DNA of 64,000 nt, from the IMG/VR virus record IMGVR_UViG_3300042402_004372; one strand, 5' to 3'. Shown here piece by piece: positions 1 through 10,720 of the stretch; positions within the stretch are counted from its first letter, which is position 1, and each line of letters starts with the position of its first letter. Source of the DNA: a virus. Below the pieces are notes generated by a model. It saw only the letters and a list, made by a program, of their open reading frames with translations, was not told the origin of the DNA and searched no databases. The translations under genes were made by a program, and so were the position numbers.

Positions 1-95
1 AAAATTTAGTAAGAAAAAATAATCCAAGTTTTGTTTACGATAGAGCTTTTCAAGATAATTACGTTAATCAATTCATAGCAGTTGCATCCCCAACT

Positions 96-3000
96 ATGGA
101 TATAATTAAATTGAATGACACTTATCAAAAATCTTTATTTGACAAGATTGAAGCGTCAGGTCTTTTTGATTTATTAAGCTATATCGACGCAATGCAGGCA
201 TATGGTAGATCCAGATTGTCTACTCTTGAAAGAGTTAGCGGTAGCGCCGGTGCAGCAAATGTATTAGATGGAGTAAGAGATACTGGTTGGCTTCAACAGC
301 TTACTGTTGTCCTACAAAGACTTTCTAGAGACCCCGTAACACTAGCCACTATTTATAGATACTTCCCAGAACTAGTTAACTTTTTCTTCGCCGCACTAGC
401 AGCAACAGCTGACTATTCAAATGATGGAAAAGGTGGCGGATCAGAAGACCCACTTAATAATGGTCAAGCAGTATTAGACGATTTAATGGCTGCTCTTGGT
501 CAAGTCAATGGTGAGAATATCTTTACTGGCGCGTGGGACTTAATTAATACTGGTCAAAGAATAGAAAAAGCAATTTCAGAATTTCCATTTAGGCAAAATA
601 TTCCACCATCTTCTCCAGATATATTTCATCTTAGATTAGGCGCATCTAATTTTTATGTTCCACCAATTGGCATAGATGTTCAGACGCAGTTCAAAACAAG
701 CAGCTTAGGAGAAGGCGCGCTAAGACAAAAAAACAGTCCAAAGTTTAACTCCGGATACAAGCATACAACTATTAGTATGCAATTATTCTTTCCCAACTAT
801 GAAGAGATATGGGGTATTTCAATTGAGGACGCCTCAAAAATTACTCTTAAAGATAACTTCACAATAGACTTCAGTGGCAATGGCGACAATGAAGAAAAGA
901 TAGATAAGTTCCTTTCCTCATTAAGAGGCTTAGTTGCTGCATTCAAGTATGCCCCATTCCTTCCGATTAGAAATCATTATTTAAATTCTGTATACGGAAT
1001 AACAGGCGTTGCACTACACGGCATGTCGATTTCCACAATACCAAGTTATCCTTTTGCGCTAGTCGTTACATTGAATCTGTACAACTTTAATCACAAGCCA
1101 TTCCTACCGATGCTTAATGACTTTAATCAAGCAATACATTGGGGTAAGTTTAGGCAGTATATGGGCAAGGCAGCTGGAGCTCTTCATAATTATATAAATG
1201 AAGAATTTTTAATGTTTGGCAGAGAGGGTCTTATTAATGCAACGAGAGACGCAATGATCTCAGTTGGGGAAGCAATGCTTGACACCGATAGAGATGGAGA
1301 CGTCACTCAGGACGACCTAAGAGGCATGCAGGCGGCCTCTGATAGGCTCTCAGCCCAAGCTGGGATATCTCCTTCTAAGATCGTTAACGACGCTCTCCTG
1401 GGCTATAAGAACGAAGTGTTTACCACTAACGTAATTAGAGAATGGACGAATGGTAGCAACTTATCATTTTATATGCCAGCTGAAACTCAAACTAAAATAT
1501 TTACTCCAGATATATCTGGATTTAGATCTGATGAAGAAAAAGGTTTGACTGATACAGGTAGAAGTTTCTGGAATCAAATGTTGGCTAATTTTGGTATTGA
1601 CATTAATGAATCAGCTGAATATCACAGAACATTAGATTCAGTTATAACGACCTCAACGGGAAATGTAGTTGAGTATACTGTTAACCAAAAAATCTTACAA
1701 AGTATTGACATATTAACTGCGGGAAGAAATACAACAGATTTTCAAAAAAAGGCTTATAATTTTATTATAACAAGTTTTATATTTCAGAATCCACAGCTTG
1801 ACTCTGATAGAAAAGATTACTTAAGAGATTTTAATAGAACAGAAAATGCGTATGAAGATACGGAAAGATATGTTTTTGGAGCAATTGTTTTTAAAGATGA
1901 AACACTATCTCAAATAAAATCTTTCTTTAAATCTCAAGCTCTAACTACAAAATCATATCTTGATTTTATGGTTGATGAATATTTACAAAAAAGAGCAATA
2001 AATGCAGGAAAAACTAACGATACCAAATGGAAAGAAAATGAAAGATTAATAATCAGAGATCAGTTTGCCGCAGGGTATAGTTCTATGGTGTATGAAAGAT
2101 TCTTTAAGGCTGGACCAATTAGAGATTTGATGGAGGCAGCTAGAGAAAGAAACGGGAGTTTCCACATAAGAGAGTGGGAAGTGCCGATGATAAGGGTTGA
2201 CATAGATCCAGCTAACGCAATTGTTACTGACGTCTCTATCTCAATGAGTAATAATATAATTCCCCTACAGGTACAAATGCAAGATGAGCCAACTTATCAA
2301 CACATTGGTGGTGGAGATAGTTATATAAATATTTCTATGAAAGTATTTGGTGAAAAAGAATTAATAAAATTAAGAAAAATATTTGATCATATTAATGGAT
2401 TAGCTAGACTTGAACACGCTGCTGGCGTTATGGGCTTTTTAGGTATTAAGAATATAATAACAGCTTTAGCTGGGGTTAAGTACGTTCTTCCTCTTTCATT
2501 TAATGTTTCAACTATTCCAAACTTTCCACATGTCTATGATGTTTCTTTAAGATTAGTAGACTTTGATATATTCCAACAAAAGCGTGAACAACTATCTTCT
2601 GATCAACAGAGAAAAATGATTGAAGAATTCGGGACAAAGAAAAATCCATTCTTAAGAATGAAGCAGCTGTGGGGATCGTTTAATTCATATCCAGACTTTC
2701 CATTGGAGATTAGAAATAAGGATAGCGAAGTTGTAGGATCTCTTGATCCAGATTTTTATTTTAGAAGTTTTGAGATGTTTGACAGGGACGTTATACGTAG
2801 CGTTACTGAAAATAAAGGTAAGCTCTCTAGACTTGATACGTTTAACGTTGATCCATCTCAAGAAATAACAGTAGTAACACCTTATGGATCAATGACCCAT
2901 AAGGGCTCTGCGGTTGTTGCTAAGTTTAGAGAATATATATTAAATGATCAATTAGATGAGCTAAAAGCTTACTCTAGAGGAACACTAGGATTAAAGGCTT

Positions 3001-6000
3001 CAGCTACAGCTTCTTATATAATAGAAGCTTTATTAGATATTGATCAACCTCATGATAAATTTTTATTAAACTATGTAGACTCTTTAGATGAGGGTGAATT
3101 TCTCACTAAGGATTTAGCTGATTCTAGTTGGAGACTATCTTCTGGTCGATTAAAGGCTGGAGATTTATCAAGCTATAATGAAGAAGCAAGAGCAAAATTA
3201 CAAGCTGCGTTATCCGGAAATCAAAAAGATGATGGTTTTGCAGAAGACGCTTACGTAAGCTTTAATCCAGATGAACTAGACGCGCATGCAATTATAAACA
3301 CTTTTCCAGCAGCATCTGGACCTGGTGACACAAAAATTCCATCAATGATCCATACTGCAGATGGATATCAATTTGGATATATTGATAAGCAAAATGGAAG
3401 ATTCTATCTAACTGTAGATGACGTTGCTGTTAAAAAAGATAGTTCAGTTCAATACGTGGGAATAACCGACACTCAGACACCAGATGTCGGAACGACAAAA
3501 TCTTTAACCGGAGTTCCTGGAGCAAAAGCACTATCTGAATATCAGTACTCATACTCATCTGGAGATGAAGGTAAGCCAGAAACTATGAAGTCAAATGGTA
3601 ACTCAAAGAGTGTTACTGATCACTGGGAAAAAATGATGGTAGATACTCAGTATAGGGATATATCGGGAAGAATGATTAGAGCTTTCCCTACGTATATGCT
3701 TTGGTTAATAGACGAAAAGAATTTTGCTGGCACAAAACTATTTGACAATTTCTACGGACTCCAGTCTATAATAGATTTTTCCGTAGTATCTTCTGAAGAC
3801 ATCTTAGGTGATACGCTAGTATTTAGAGCTTCTAATATGTACGCAAAGCTTTCAACAAAAGAAGCTACAACAATATTTAGCGGAAGTGGTGAGACAGAAG
3901 ATAAACCTGGTGTAGATAAGTTATCGCTAACTTCTGGTCTTGAACAAATAATTGATAGAAGTTTAAATTTTGCAAGAAATCAATTAGGTCATATGGAAAG
4001 TCAATACATTGTTGACATAGAAAATATGAGACTTAAGCCAGGTGTAAGAGTTCACTTAAGAGTTGGTTATGGTGCAAATCCAAACTCGCTTCACACAATA
4101 TTTAATGGTGTAATAACCGAAGTTGAATTGGGAGAGATAGTTACTGTCACATGTCAATCTGACGCTATTGAACTTAGTCCAGTAGTAAATTCTGTTGACA
4201 AAAAAGGATCTAGCGGTCATATAGATGGTGGTCTTAATACTGGGTTGTACTTATCGGAACCAAGAGATTTAATGGTCAGACTTCTTTCAATGGGCACATC
4301 TAGAACAAGAGAAGCTTTTGCCCATGCAACAAGAGGAACTGTATTTTCTGAAAATAAATTTGGAATTAAACACTTTGGCATGATGTTATATGAGCCTTTA
4401 ACAGATGAAGAACGAAATAAGAACGCTGGCATTAGAAATGCAGCGTCAGATGCATATCTGGCAGTTGGTCAGGGTAGTGGTATAACTGGTGGAGCTGGTA
4501 CGGTAGCTGGTGTTTTAAACCCATTTGGTGATAACTCAAATGGAACTGGAATTGGTGGATCACCATTTGGTATCGATGTAAGACTACCAATGGTTGGAAT
4601 CATGAGAACAATGTGGTCAAACTTTGCAGCACAACCAGATTTAGAGTTGTTTAAGAGAAATATTTATCCAGGAAATGGAACTGGTGTAGCTCAATTCCTT
4701 GGTGGTGACCTAGGAGACGGTTGGTCAAATGCGGCATCCTTAACACCTGAAGATATGCCAAATCCAAGATTAGAATATTTAAATAGACTCACAGATTCTT
4801 CATGGAATAATCTACTTCAAAGATATGATTCAGGATCCGAAAACGCTTCAGCTGCAATAGATAACCTAACACAGGGAATGGAAGCAAGAGCTAGTGGTGG
4901 AACTGCAGCTAACATACTTGGTGGTGGATTACTAGCAGCAGGAGCCGCGTTAGCTATTGGTACGGGTGGTATTGCACTTCCGTTCATAGGTGGAGCTATG
5001 GCAGTTGGCGGAGGAGCATCTTTACTTGGAAGCTTAACTGGTAGAGGCGGTGTAAACATTTGGAAAACATTTGGATTGATTAGTGATCTTGACGACGACA
5101 TGCCAGGCTTTGATGAGGTTTCATTTAGAGCACAAACATATATGAAATCTGTTTGGGATCTTTTTCAAATGTGCGCAAGACTACTTCCAAACTATATTGT
5201 TGCCGTAAGACCATTCGAGGACAGATCAACGGTGTTCTATGGTAAGCCACACTGGTTATACACTTCAGCAGTAGTTCCAATCACTACTGGTTTTCCTTCT
5301 GAGAAAAAAGCTGTAGAGCTAGGATTAAAAGTTCCAAGTTATAGAAGTCCAGATTCTGAATTAATGGATCTTCTAACAAAAGTTAATAAGCAATCAAACT
5401 CAACTGCAGATTATGAAGCAATGAGGCAAGCGCAAAGTCCAGCAATATCTATTTCCGAAATAGTTAGACAGCAATCATCATACTCAGATATATATGCACC
5501 TGCTGGAATACTAAGAGGTAAGGTAGTTAACTTCTTAGATCCTAAGAGAACTATATATTACGGAAATAGCAATAACACTACTTTATCGGGCAGTGCAGAT
5601 AGCATGGAGAGACAACAGGTAGTGGCAACAAAGAGTATCATATCGGAAATACCAAATACTAAAGGTTATGTAACAGTTGGTTTTCACTTACCAATAGATT
5701 CTACTGGACAAAATGCTTCTGAGTTAGATATAGAAAAAATGAAAAATTTACATGTTGAAATACCTCAAATGCCACTTAGGTTTTCTTTTCCATTTTTTAC
5801 AGACAGAGTTGCTGGAGCAGTCTTATTAGACTACTCCTTCTATGCACTGAGCAACAATAGATCAGGAGAAGGTGATGAAAGACTCAAAACTGGAACCATA
5901 CATGATGGTGATAAAGATTTTGAAAAATTTGGTCACGACACATTGTATTCAAATCTAATAAGTACAGAAGCAGCCCTTATTTCTGGTTCACTAACAGACA

Positions 6001-9000
6001 ACCGTGAAGGTGGCTCTGAAGATGAGTTTGTTATAAATCTTGCAGGAGTATCATTTACTGCTGCGGTTAACCCAATCAATACATTTGGTAATGATAAATT
6101 TATATTTGATCTAAGCACAAGCGGAGTATCGGGAAGTAAGTCACTGATAAGAATGCCACTACCTTCACTACTGGAACAAGTTAGGGGAATAGAAAAACTT
6201 GAAGGCTCTTGGGAGTATGAGTACATTAATCAAAGAACGATTACTTCTGGAAGTCCATTTAGTTATAGAGATTGGGGATCTCCAGCAAGTGCTCTTGATG
6301 AGCAATTCTACATAGCTATGAGATGGCCATATGAAATAACTGAAGATAAAGATGATGAAATATTTAAGAAATTTAAAGATAAATATTTTTCAGATAGAAA
6401 TGAAACTGAATTTTATGGTAAACCAAAAGACTATAAAAATAGAAAAGTTTTAGTCTATAGTCCAACAACTAGAACAGCAGTTGTTTGTAAACCAGCTTAT
6501 TTTCTATGGGGAACCAATAAGGCTGATCTTATAATTGGTAACAACGCTTCTGGAGATTTTGCTAAGGGAAGAAGTGAAGATCATTTCATAAACTTTAAAA
6601 ACGATGTATTTACCGAAGTAGATTTAGCTGCTGTAGTTTCTCCAGACGCGGCATATTTTCTTGGGGTAATGCATTTAACGGAAAATGAAAAAGAATTTTT
6701 TAATAGCGATGATGCAGCTTCAGAACCAACTAGAGTGCTAACCCAAGCTGGGTTGGCGCCGGTACCAATGCCAAGAGACTGTTATTTTACTTTTGTAGAT
6801 GACAGTGTTCCGCTCGGTGTTGTAACAACAATATATAATCCAGCTAATGAGTTTACCTATAAAGGTGAATCAGATATTAATGGATCGTACTTTGTTGGTT
6901 TTGGCGCTTTTGCAGCAGAAGGTGATGGAAAACTTTTAGCAGAAGAAGCGAGTAAATCAGGCATGCAAAAGTTAGGGTTATCTGGTACAGCTGACTCAAT
7001 CGAAAGACAATTGGAGCTATTAAATGAAAGACCAACAGCTTTTACAAATACTCAGTGGCAAGAATATATTCCGATAAGTGGAATAACACTTCTTGACCAA
7101 GGACATTTTGCAGAAGCAGCGGCTAGAGGTGGAAACATTCTTGCCAGTAGTGATGGTAAAGAAGGTAGTTATTTTGACTACATTATAAACGAAAAGTACA
7201 GCGCCCTTGAGCGAGAAGCACTATATAAGATACTAGATGGTGAGCTTAGAACTACCAATCCAGATGAGGATACCGGAACGGGAAGAGAACGTTTTGCTCC
7301 TGTGTATGATCCAGCTGCACCAGAATCTATAAAAGCTAGAGAGTTTTTCGATGAAGGGTTTAGTCCTTCCACTCATGTAATAGCTGGAAATGGAAGAACT
7401 CTTAGTCAAGCAAATGATGTATGGGATCAATTTAGATTTGATTACCATAACCAAGTGGCAATAAAGAAAATATTTTTTGACGCTTTTGGAATGGATCCAG
7501 ATGATACAACTCCACTTCCAGATTTTCTAATAACTATATTGCGAAATCCAGAAGCAAATCCAGATATATTTAAATTGTTCAGTGCTAATGGTCCAGATAG
7601 TACAGCAGTAGATGAATTCAGTTTATTGCTCGGAAGTGACTTTATAGCAAATCCAAATCAAAGAACTGGAAAACCATACGGTACAGCTGATTCAATGGAG
7701 AGACAGATTGAATCAGGATCTGGATCATTAGTTAGTTCAGATACAGTTAAGCAAGCTATTGAATTTGCTAGAAAAAACTTAGTCGATGCACCGCTTGATG
7801 AAGGTGGGCTAGTTAGATATTTTGATGCTTTAACAAAAACAAAATATAAAAAATTAGGATTATTTTTACAATCACAATCTAATTTATCCTTAATACTTGG
7901 CGCTGATGTTGGTGGCGGACAGCCAAAAGTAGATGACATAATTAAAGATAACTTTACGCCAAAACAAGTATTCTTATTGATAGTTGGAATGTTTAGACAG
8001 GCAATGTGGCAAGATGCATATGCAAGAGCTTGGTTAGTATTAAAGCCAAATAGACAATACGCCAGTGATGATATATGGGACTTTAGCCCTGTTCACAAAA
8101 TATTTGCCGCATTCATCGACCCTAATCAAGATTACGCATCAAATAAAAGAAAGTTCTTGAAACTTTTAGCAGATAATAAAGGTGAAGGAAACAGTGCCGG
8201 TAACGTAGTTGGTGTATTAACCCATAATATCGATAGCTTTTGGGATCAAAATATTGGACCATTGTTTACAGCGTTAAGCGATGGTCTATCAGGTCTAATG
8301 AATATGTTTAGAATGTCAATGCTTCAAATGGGGTACGGTTTGTCTAATATAGACAACTTCTCTAAACAAGCAAACATTATGAATAAAGTATTAAACGATT
8401 CTATTTATTACTCACTAGGAAGACCTGGATCATTATTGAGGGCCATTGACAATCCATTCACTAGAGAGTATGGAGAGCCAGTAGTTGAAGTACGCGAACC
8501 ATTCCAGAAGATACATTACATAAGTTCATTCTCAACTATCATAGCTAATAATATACAAGAGACTACAACTAACGTAGCAACTCAGGTGACCGCTGTATCT
8601 GAAGGAAAGTATCCAGTAACAGTAGCTTTAGATAAAAGTATTCCCGCAGAAAGACAGGTTGAAAAAACTGTAGAGACTGGTTTATTCTTTGACAACATAG
8701 TTGGTGAAGGTTTATTCGGAATTGCTCAACCGTTATTCCATCCAATAGAATTTGCAAGAGGAGCAATAAAATTATCTCAAGGCGCGCCAGATGAACTAAT
8801 GGCAAGAAGAGTTGGTCTAGCTCATCTTAAGGAATCTCTAAAAGATATTTATTCTGGAGAGTTAATTGTAATAGGAAGCGCAGATATAAGACCTCATGAC
8901 TTAGTTTACCTCGCTGATGTTTATGAAAGAATGTATGGAATTTTTGAAGTCGAACAGGTTGTTCATCATTTTACTCCAAATATGGGATTCATTACATCAA

Positions 9001-10718
9001 TAACACCCAACGCTCTTGTAACCGTAAATGATCCAGCAAGATGGTTTATGTCTAGCTGGATTCATTCTTGGATGTCAATTCAAAATATAAGAAATGACAC
9101 AAGAAGTTTAATTAATTCAGTTCAGGCTGGAAGTACTGGAATCTTGTCAGGTGGAAACATTTCTGTTGATGGTATGTCAGAAGCGCTAAGATCACAAATG
9201 ATGGGTGGTGTGCAATTTACCCATGGATCAAGTGCGCTTATGTCTGACATAATGGCAAACTTTGCAGCCGAGGGATTAACAGACGCTCAATCTCAAATAG
9301 AGAATCAGATGAAGCAAAACTCTGAAAATGGAATGAGCTTAACTGGAATTGCAGCAACATATTTAACTACAGTTGGCTTAACTGCAACAGCTGGGGCACT
9401 TCTTGGTGGACCAATCGGTGCTGGAATTGGTGCTGGAATAGCGTCTGATTTATTCTGGAAGGGCTGGAAGTGGGTAAGAGATAACGTCTTAGACCAACAT
9501 GGTTGTTATATATCTTATCTAAATAAAAATGGTCAACCTATGGACGCTAGTCTTGCAATAAATCAAGGAATGGTTGTTGGTAGATATCATACAAAGAGAC
9601 TTCTTCCTGGAATTTTAGGAGTAAAGAGTAAGGTTAGAACCGTTGACGGCAATGCTTTTATTAGAAATGACGACTTACTTAAGAGCTTGGGTTGGAAAGA
9701 AAAAGAAATAACCGACCTAGTAAGATACGTGAGTTATGAAAACGCATTAGTTAATGCTGAGGTGTTAAAGTATTCTGGAACTGGTCCAGATAAAACGGGA
9801 TTAAATCAATACTTTAAAGTAATATGTAAACTAAATAATGTTATAGATGGTGACGAAATAGAAGTTATAGATTTAATGAATCCAACTGGTCAACCTTTCA
9901 AGGTCAGACTAGAAGGAATAATAGCTTCAAGTCTTGGCACTTTTCAGGCGTACACAAATACTTCCATACAAGCTGGGTATAAGCCAGACGACCCAACGAC
10001 TGCAATAAACGTTAATTCACCAGGTGGAAGGGCAGCAATTTTTGTAAGTGAAAGACTCAGAGATAAGCCTTTCGTTATAAGAATTTCTCCAAATGATCAA
10101 TCTTCAGTTTCTATTTATACGGAAGATGACTTATCTCCTGGCTCAAGAATTAATAATACAAATAGTTACTTCAAGGGCGTTAACTATGGAGATCAAGAAA
10201 GGGAAAAATCTTTAGGAACCGTATTTTACAGGATCCTCGATGAGGATAAAGAAACAAATATTTCTATAATAAGATCTTTCTTTGTTCAAAATCTTGGCTT
10301 AAGCATTATACAGAAAAAGGAAAAATTTAAACAAAATCTTTATGGAGAATCAGTATTTGGTCAAAAGTTTGATGAAATATATAACTCAATATATACTTCT
10401 GGTATGGAAAATCATTTTGAAATTACTGGAGAAACTGACCCACTATTAACCATAACTAATGATGAAAGAAAATTGTTTAATGATTTAGTTAACTTTAAAA
10501 TATTAGAAGTTCTTTATTCAAAAGCTTCAGAATGGCCATATATTTCTTGGGATGAGTACTATAATGATGGAGTACCAGCAACCCTTAACTGGGAACTAGT
10601 GACAAATAACTTAGCTCAAGTGTATACGGTGGATCTATTAAGAGAAAGAGCATCTACTGGCGGCCTGGATAGATCTATACCAATGCCAAGCTATGTTGAA
10701 CAAAAGGGTGGATTGTAA
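96..10718 (+). CDS. Giant 3540-aa virion protein, baseplate hub/tail-initiator-like, with C-terminal SNase-like domain
   Basis: Uninterrupted ORF upstream of gp25/baseplate J. Hub (gpD/gp27)-like segments LKPGVRVHLRVGYG..IFNGVITEV and GELIVIGSADIRPHDLVYL..GIFEVEQVVHHF..GFITSI; two Gly-rich hydrophobic stretches; C-terminal VIDGDEIEV..KVRLEGI resembles staphylococcal nuclease. Recognised by eye. Confidence 0.6.
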   Translation: MDIIKLNDTYQKSLFDKIEASGLFDLLSYIDAMQAYGRSRLSTLERVSGSAGAANVLDGVRDTGWLQQLTVVLQRLSRDPVTLATIYRYFPELVNFFFAALAATADYSNDGKGGGSEDPLNNGQAVLDDLMAALGQVNGENIFTGAWDLINTGQRIEKAISEFPFRQNIPPSSPDIFHLRLGASNFYVPPIGIDVQTQFKTSSLGEGALRQKNSPKFNSGYKHTTISMQLFFPNYEEIWGISIEDASKITLKDNFTIDFSGNGDNEEKIDKFLSSLRGLVAAFKYAPFLPIRNHYLNSVYGITGVALHGMSISTIPSYPFALVVTLNLYNFNHKPFLPMLNDFNQAIHWGKFRQYMGKAAGALHNYINEEFLMFGREGLINATRDAMISVGEAMLDTDRDGDVTQDDLRGMQAASDRLSAQAGISPSKIVNDALLGYKNEVFTTNVIREWTNGSNLSFYMPAETQTKIFTPDISGFRSDEEKGLTDTGRSFWNQMLANFGIDINESAEYHRTLDSVITTSTGNVVEYTVNQKILQSIDILTAGRNTTDFQKKAYNFIITSFIFQNPQLDSDRKDYLRDFNRTENAYEDTERYVFGAIVFKDETLSQIKSFFKSQALTTKSYLDFMVDEYLQKRAINAGKTNDTKWKENERLIIRDQFAAGYSSMVYERFFKAGPIRDLMEAARERNGSFHIREWEVPMIRVDIDPANAIVTDVSISMSNNIIPLQVQMQDEPTYQHIGGGDSYINISMKVFGEKELIKLRKIFDHINGLARLEHAAGVMGFLGIKNIITALAGVKYVLPLSFNVSTIPNFPHVYDVSLRLVDFDIFQQKREQLSSDQQRKMIEEFGTKKNPFLRMKQLWGSFNSYPDFPLEIRNKDSEVVGSLDPDFYFRSFEMFDRDVIRSVTENKGKLSRLDTFNVDPSQEITVVTPYGSMTHKGSAVVAKFREYILNDQLDELKAYSRGTLGLKASATASYIIEALLDIDQPHDKFLLNYVDSLDEGEFLTKDLADSSWRLSSGRLKAGDLSSYNEEARAKLQAALSGNQKDDGFAEDAYVSFNPDELDAHAIINTFPAASGPGDTKIPSMIHTADGYQFGYIDKQNGRFYLTVDDVAVKKDSSVQYVGITDTQTPDVGTTKSLTGVPGAKALSEYQYSYSSGDEGKPETMKSNGNSKSVTDHWEKMMVDTQYRDISGRMIRAFPTYMLWLIDEKNFAGTKLFDNFYGLQSIIDFSVVSSEDILGDTLVFRASNMYAKLSTKEATTIFSGSGETEDKPGVDKLSLTSGLEQIIDRSLNFARNQLGHMESQYIVDIENMRLKPGVRVHLRVGYGANPNSLHTIFNGVITEVELGEIVTVTCQSDAIELSPVVNSVDKKGSSGHIDGGLNTGLYLSEPRDLMVRLLSMGTSRTREAFAHATRGTVFSENKFGIKHFGMMLYEPLTDEERNKNAGIRNAASDAYLAVGQGSGITGGAGTVAGVLNPFGDNSNGTGIGGSPFGIDVRLPMVGIMRTMWSNFAAQPDLELFKRNIYPGNGTGVAQFLGGDLGDGWSNAASLTPEDMPNPRLEYLNRLTDSSWNNLLQRYDSGSENASAAIDNLTQGMEARASGGTAANILGGGLLAAGAALAIGTGGIALPFIGGAMAVGGGASLLGSLTGRGGVNIWKTFGLISDLDDDMPGFDEVSFRAQTYMKSVWDLFQMCARLLPNYIVAVRPFEDRSTVFYGKPHWLYTSAVVPITTGFPSEKKAVELGLKVPSYRSPDSELMDLLTKVNKQSNSTADYEAMRQAQSPAISISEIVRQQSSYSDIYAPAGILRGKVVNFLDPKRTIYYGNSNNTTLSGSADSMERQQVVATKSIISEIPNTKGYVTVGFHLPIDSTGQNASELDIEKMKNLHVEIPQMPLRFSFPFFTDRVAGAVLLDYSFYALSNNRSGEGDERLKTGTIHDGDKDFEKFGHDTLYSNLISTEAALISGSLTDNREGGSEDEFVINLAGVSFTAAVNPINTFGNDKFIFDLSTSGVSGSKSLIRMPLPSLLEQVRGIEKLEGSWEYEYINQRTITSGSPFSYRDWGSPASALDEQFYIAMRWPYEITEDKDDEIFKKFKDKYFSDRNETEFYGKPKDYKNRKVLVYSPTTRTAVVCKPAYFLWGTNKADLIIGNNASGDFAKGRSEDHFINFKNDVFTEVDLAAVVSPDAAYFLGVMHLTENEKEFFNSDDAASEPTRVLTQAGLAPVPMPRDCYFTFVDDSVPLGVVTTIYNPANEFTYKGESDINGSYFVGFGAFAAEGDGKLLAEEASKSGMQKLGLSGTADSIERQLELLNERPTAFTNTQWQEYIPISGITLLDQGHFAEAAARGGNILASSDGKEGSYFDYIINEKYSALEREALYKILDGELRTTNPDEDTGTGRERFAPVYDPAAPESIKAREFFDEGFSPSTHVIAGNGRTLSQANDVWDQFRFDYHNQVAIKKIFFDAFGMDPDDTTPLPDFLITILRNPEANPDIFKLFSANGPDSTAVDEFSLLLGSDFIANPNQRTGKPYGTADSMERQIESGSGSLVSSDTVKQAIEFARKNLVDAPLDEGGLVRYFDALTKTKYKKLGLFLQSQSNLSLILGADVGGGQPKVDDIIKDNFTPKQVFLLIVGMFRQAMWQDAYARAWLVLKPNRQYASDDIWDFSPVHKIFAAFIDPNQDYASNKRKFLKLLADNKGEGNSAGNVVGVLTHNIDSFWDQNIGPLFTALSDGLSGLMNMFRMSMLQMGYGLSNIDNFSKQANIMNKVLNDSIYYSLGRPGSLLRAIDNPFTREYGEPVVEVREPFQKIHYISSFSTIIANNIQETTTNVATQVTAVSEGKYPVTVALDKSIPAERQVEKTVETGLFFDNIVGEGLFGIAQPLFHPIEFARGAIKLSQGAPDELMARRVGLAHLKESLKDIYSGELIVIGSADIRPHDLVYLADVYERMYGIFEVEQVVHHFTPNMGFITSITPNALVTVNDPARWFMSSWIHSWMSIQNIRNDTRSLINSVQAGSTGILSGGNISVDGMSEALRSQMMGGVQFTHGSSALMSDIMANFAAEGLTDAQSQIENQMKQNSENGMSLTGIAATYLTTVGLTATAGALLGGPIGAGIGAGIASDLFWKGWKWVRDNVLDQHGCYISYLNKNGQPMDASLAINQGMVVGRYHTKRLLPGILGVKSKVRTVDGNAFIRNDDLLKSLGWKEKEITDLVRYVSYENALVNAEVLKYSGTGPDKTGLNQYFKVICKLNNVIDGDEIEVIDLMNPTGQPFKVRLEGIIASSLGTFQAYTNTSIQAGYKPDDPTTAINVNSPGGRAAIFVSERLRDKPFVIRISPNDQSSVSIYTEDDLSPGSRINNTNSYFKGVNYGDQEREKSLGTVFYRILDEDKETNISIIRSFFVQNLGLSIIQKKEKFKQNLYGESVFGQKFDEIYNSIYTSGMENHFEITGETDPLLTITNDERKLFNDLVNFKILEVLYSKASEWPYISWDEYYNDGVPATLNWELVTNNLAQVYTVDLLRERASTGGLDRSIPMPSYVEQKGGL

Positions 10719-10720
10719 TA

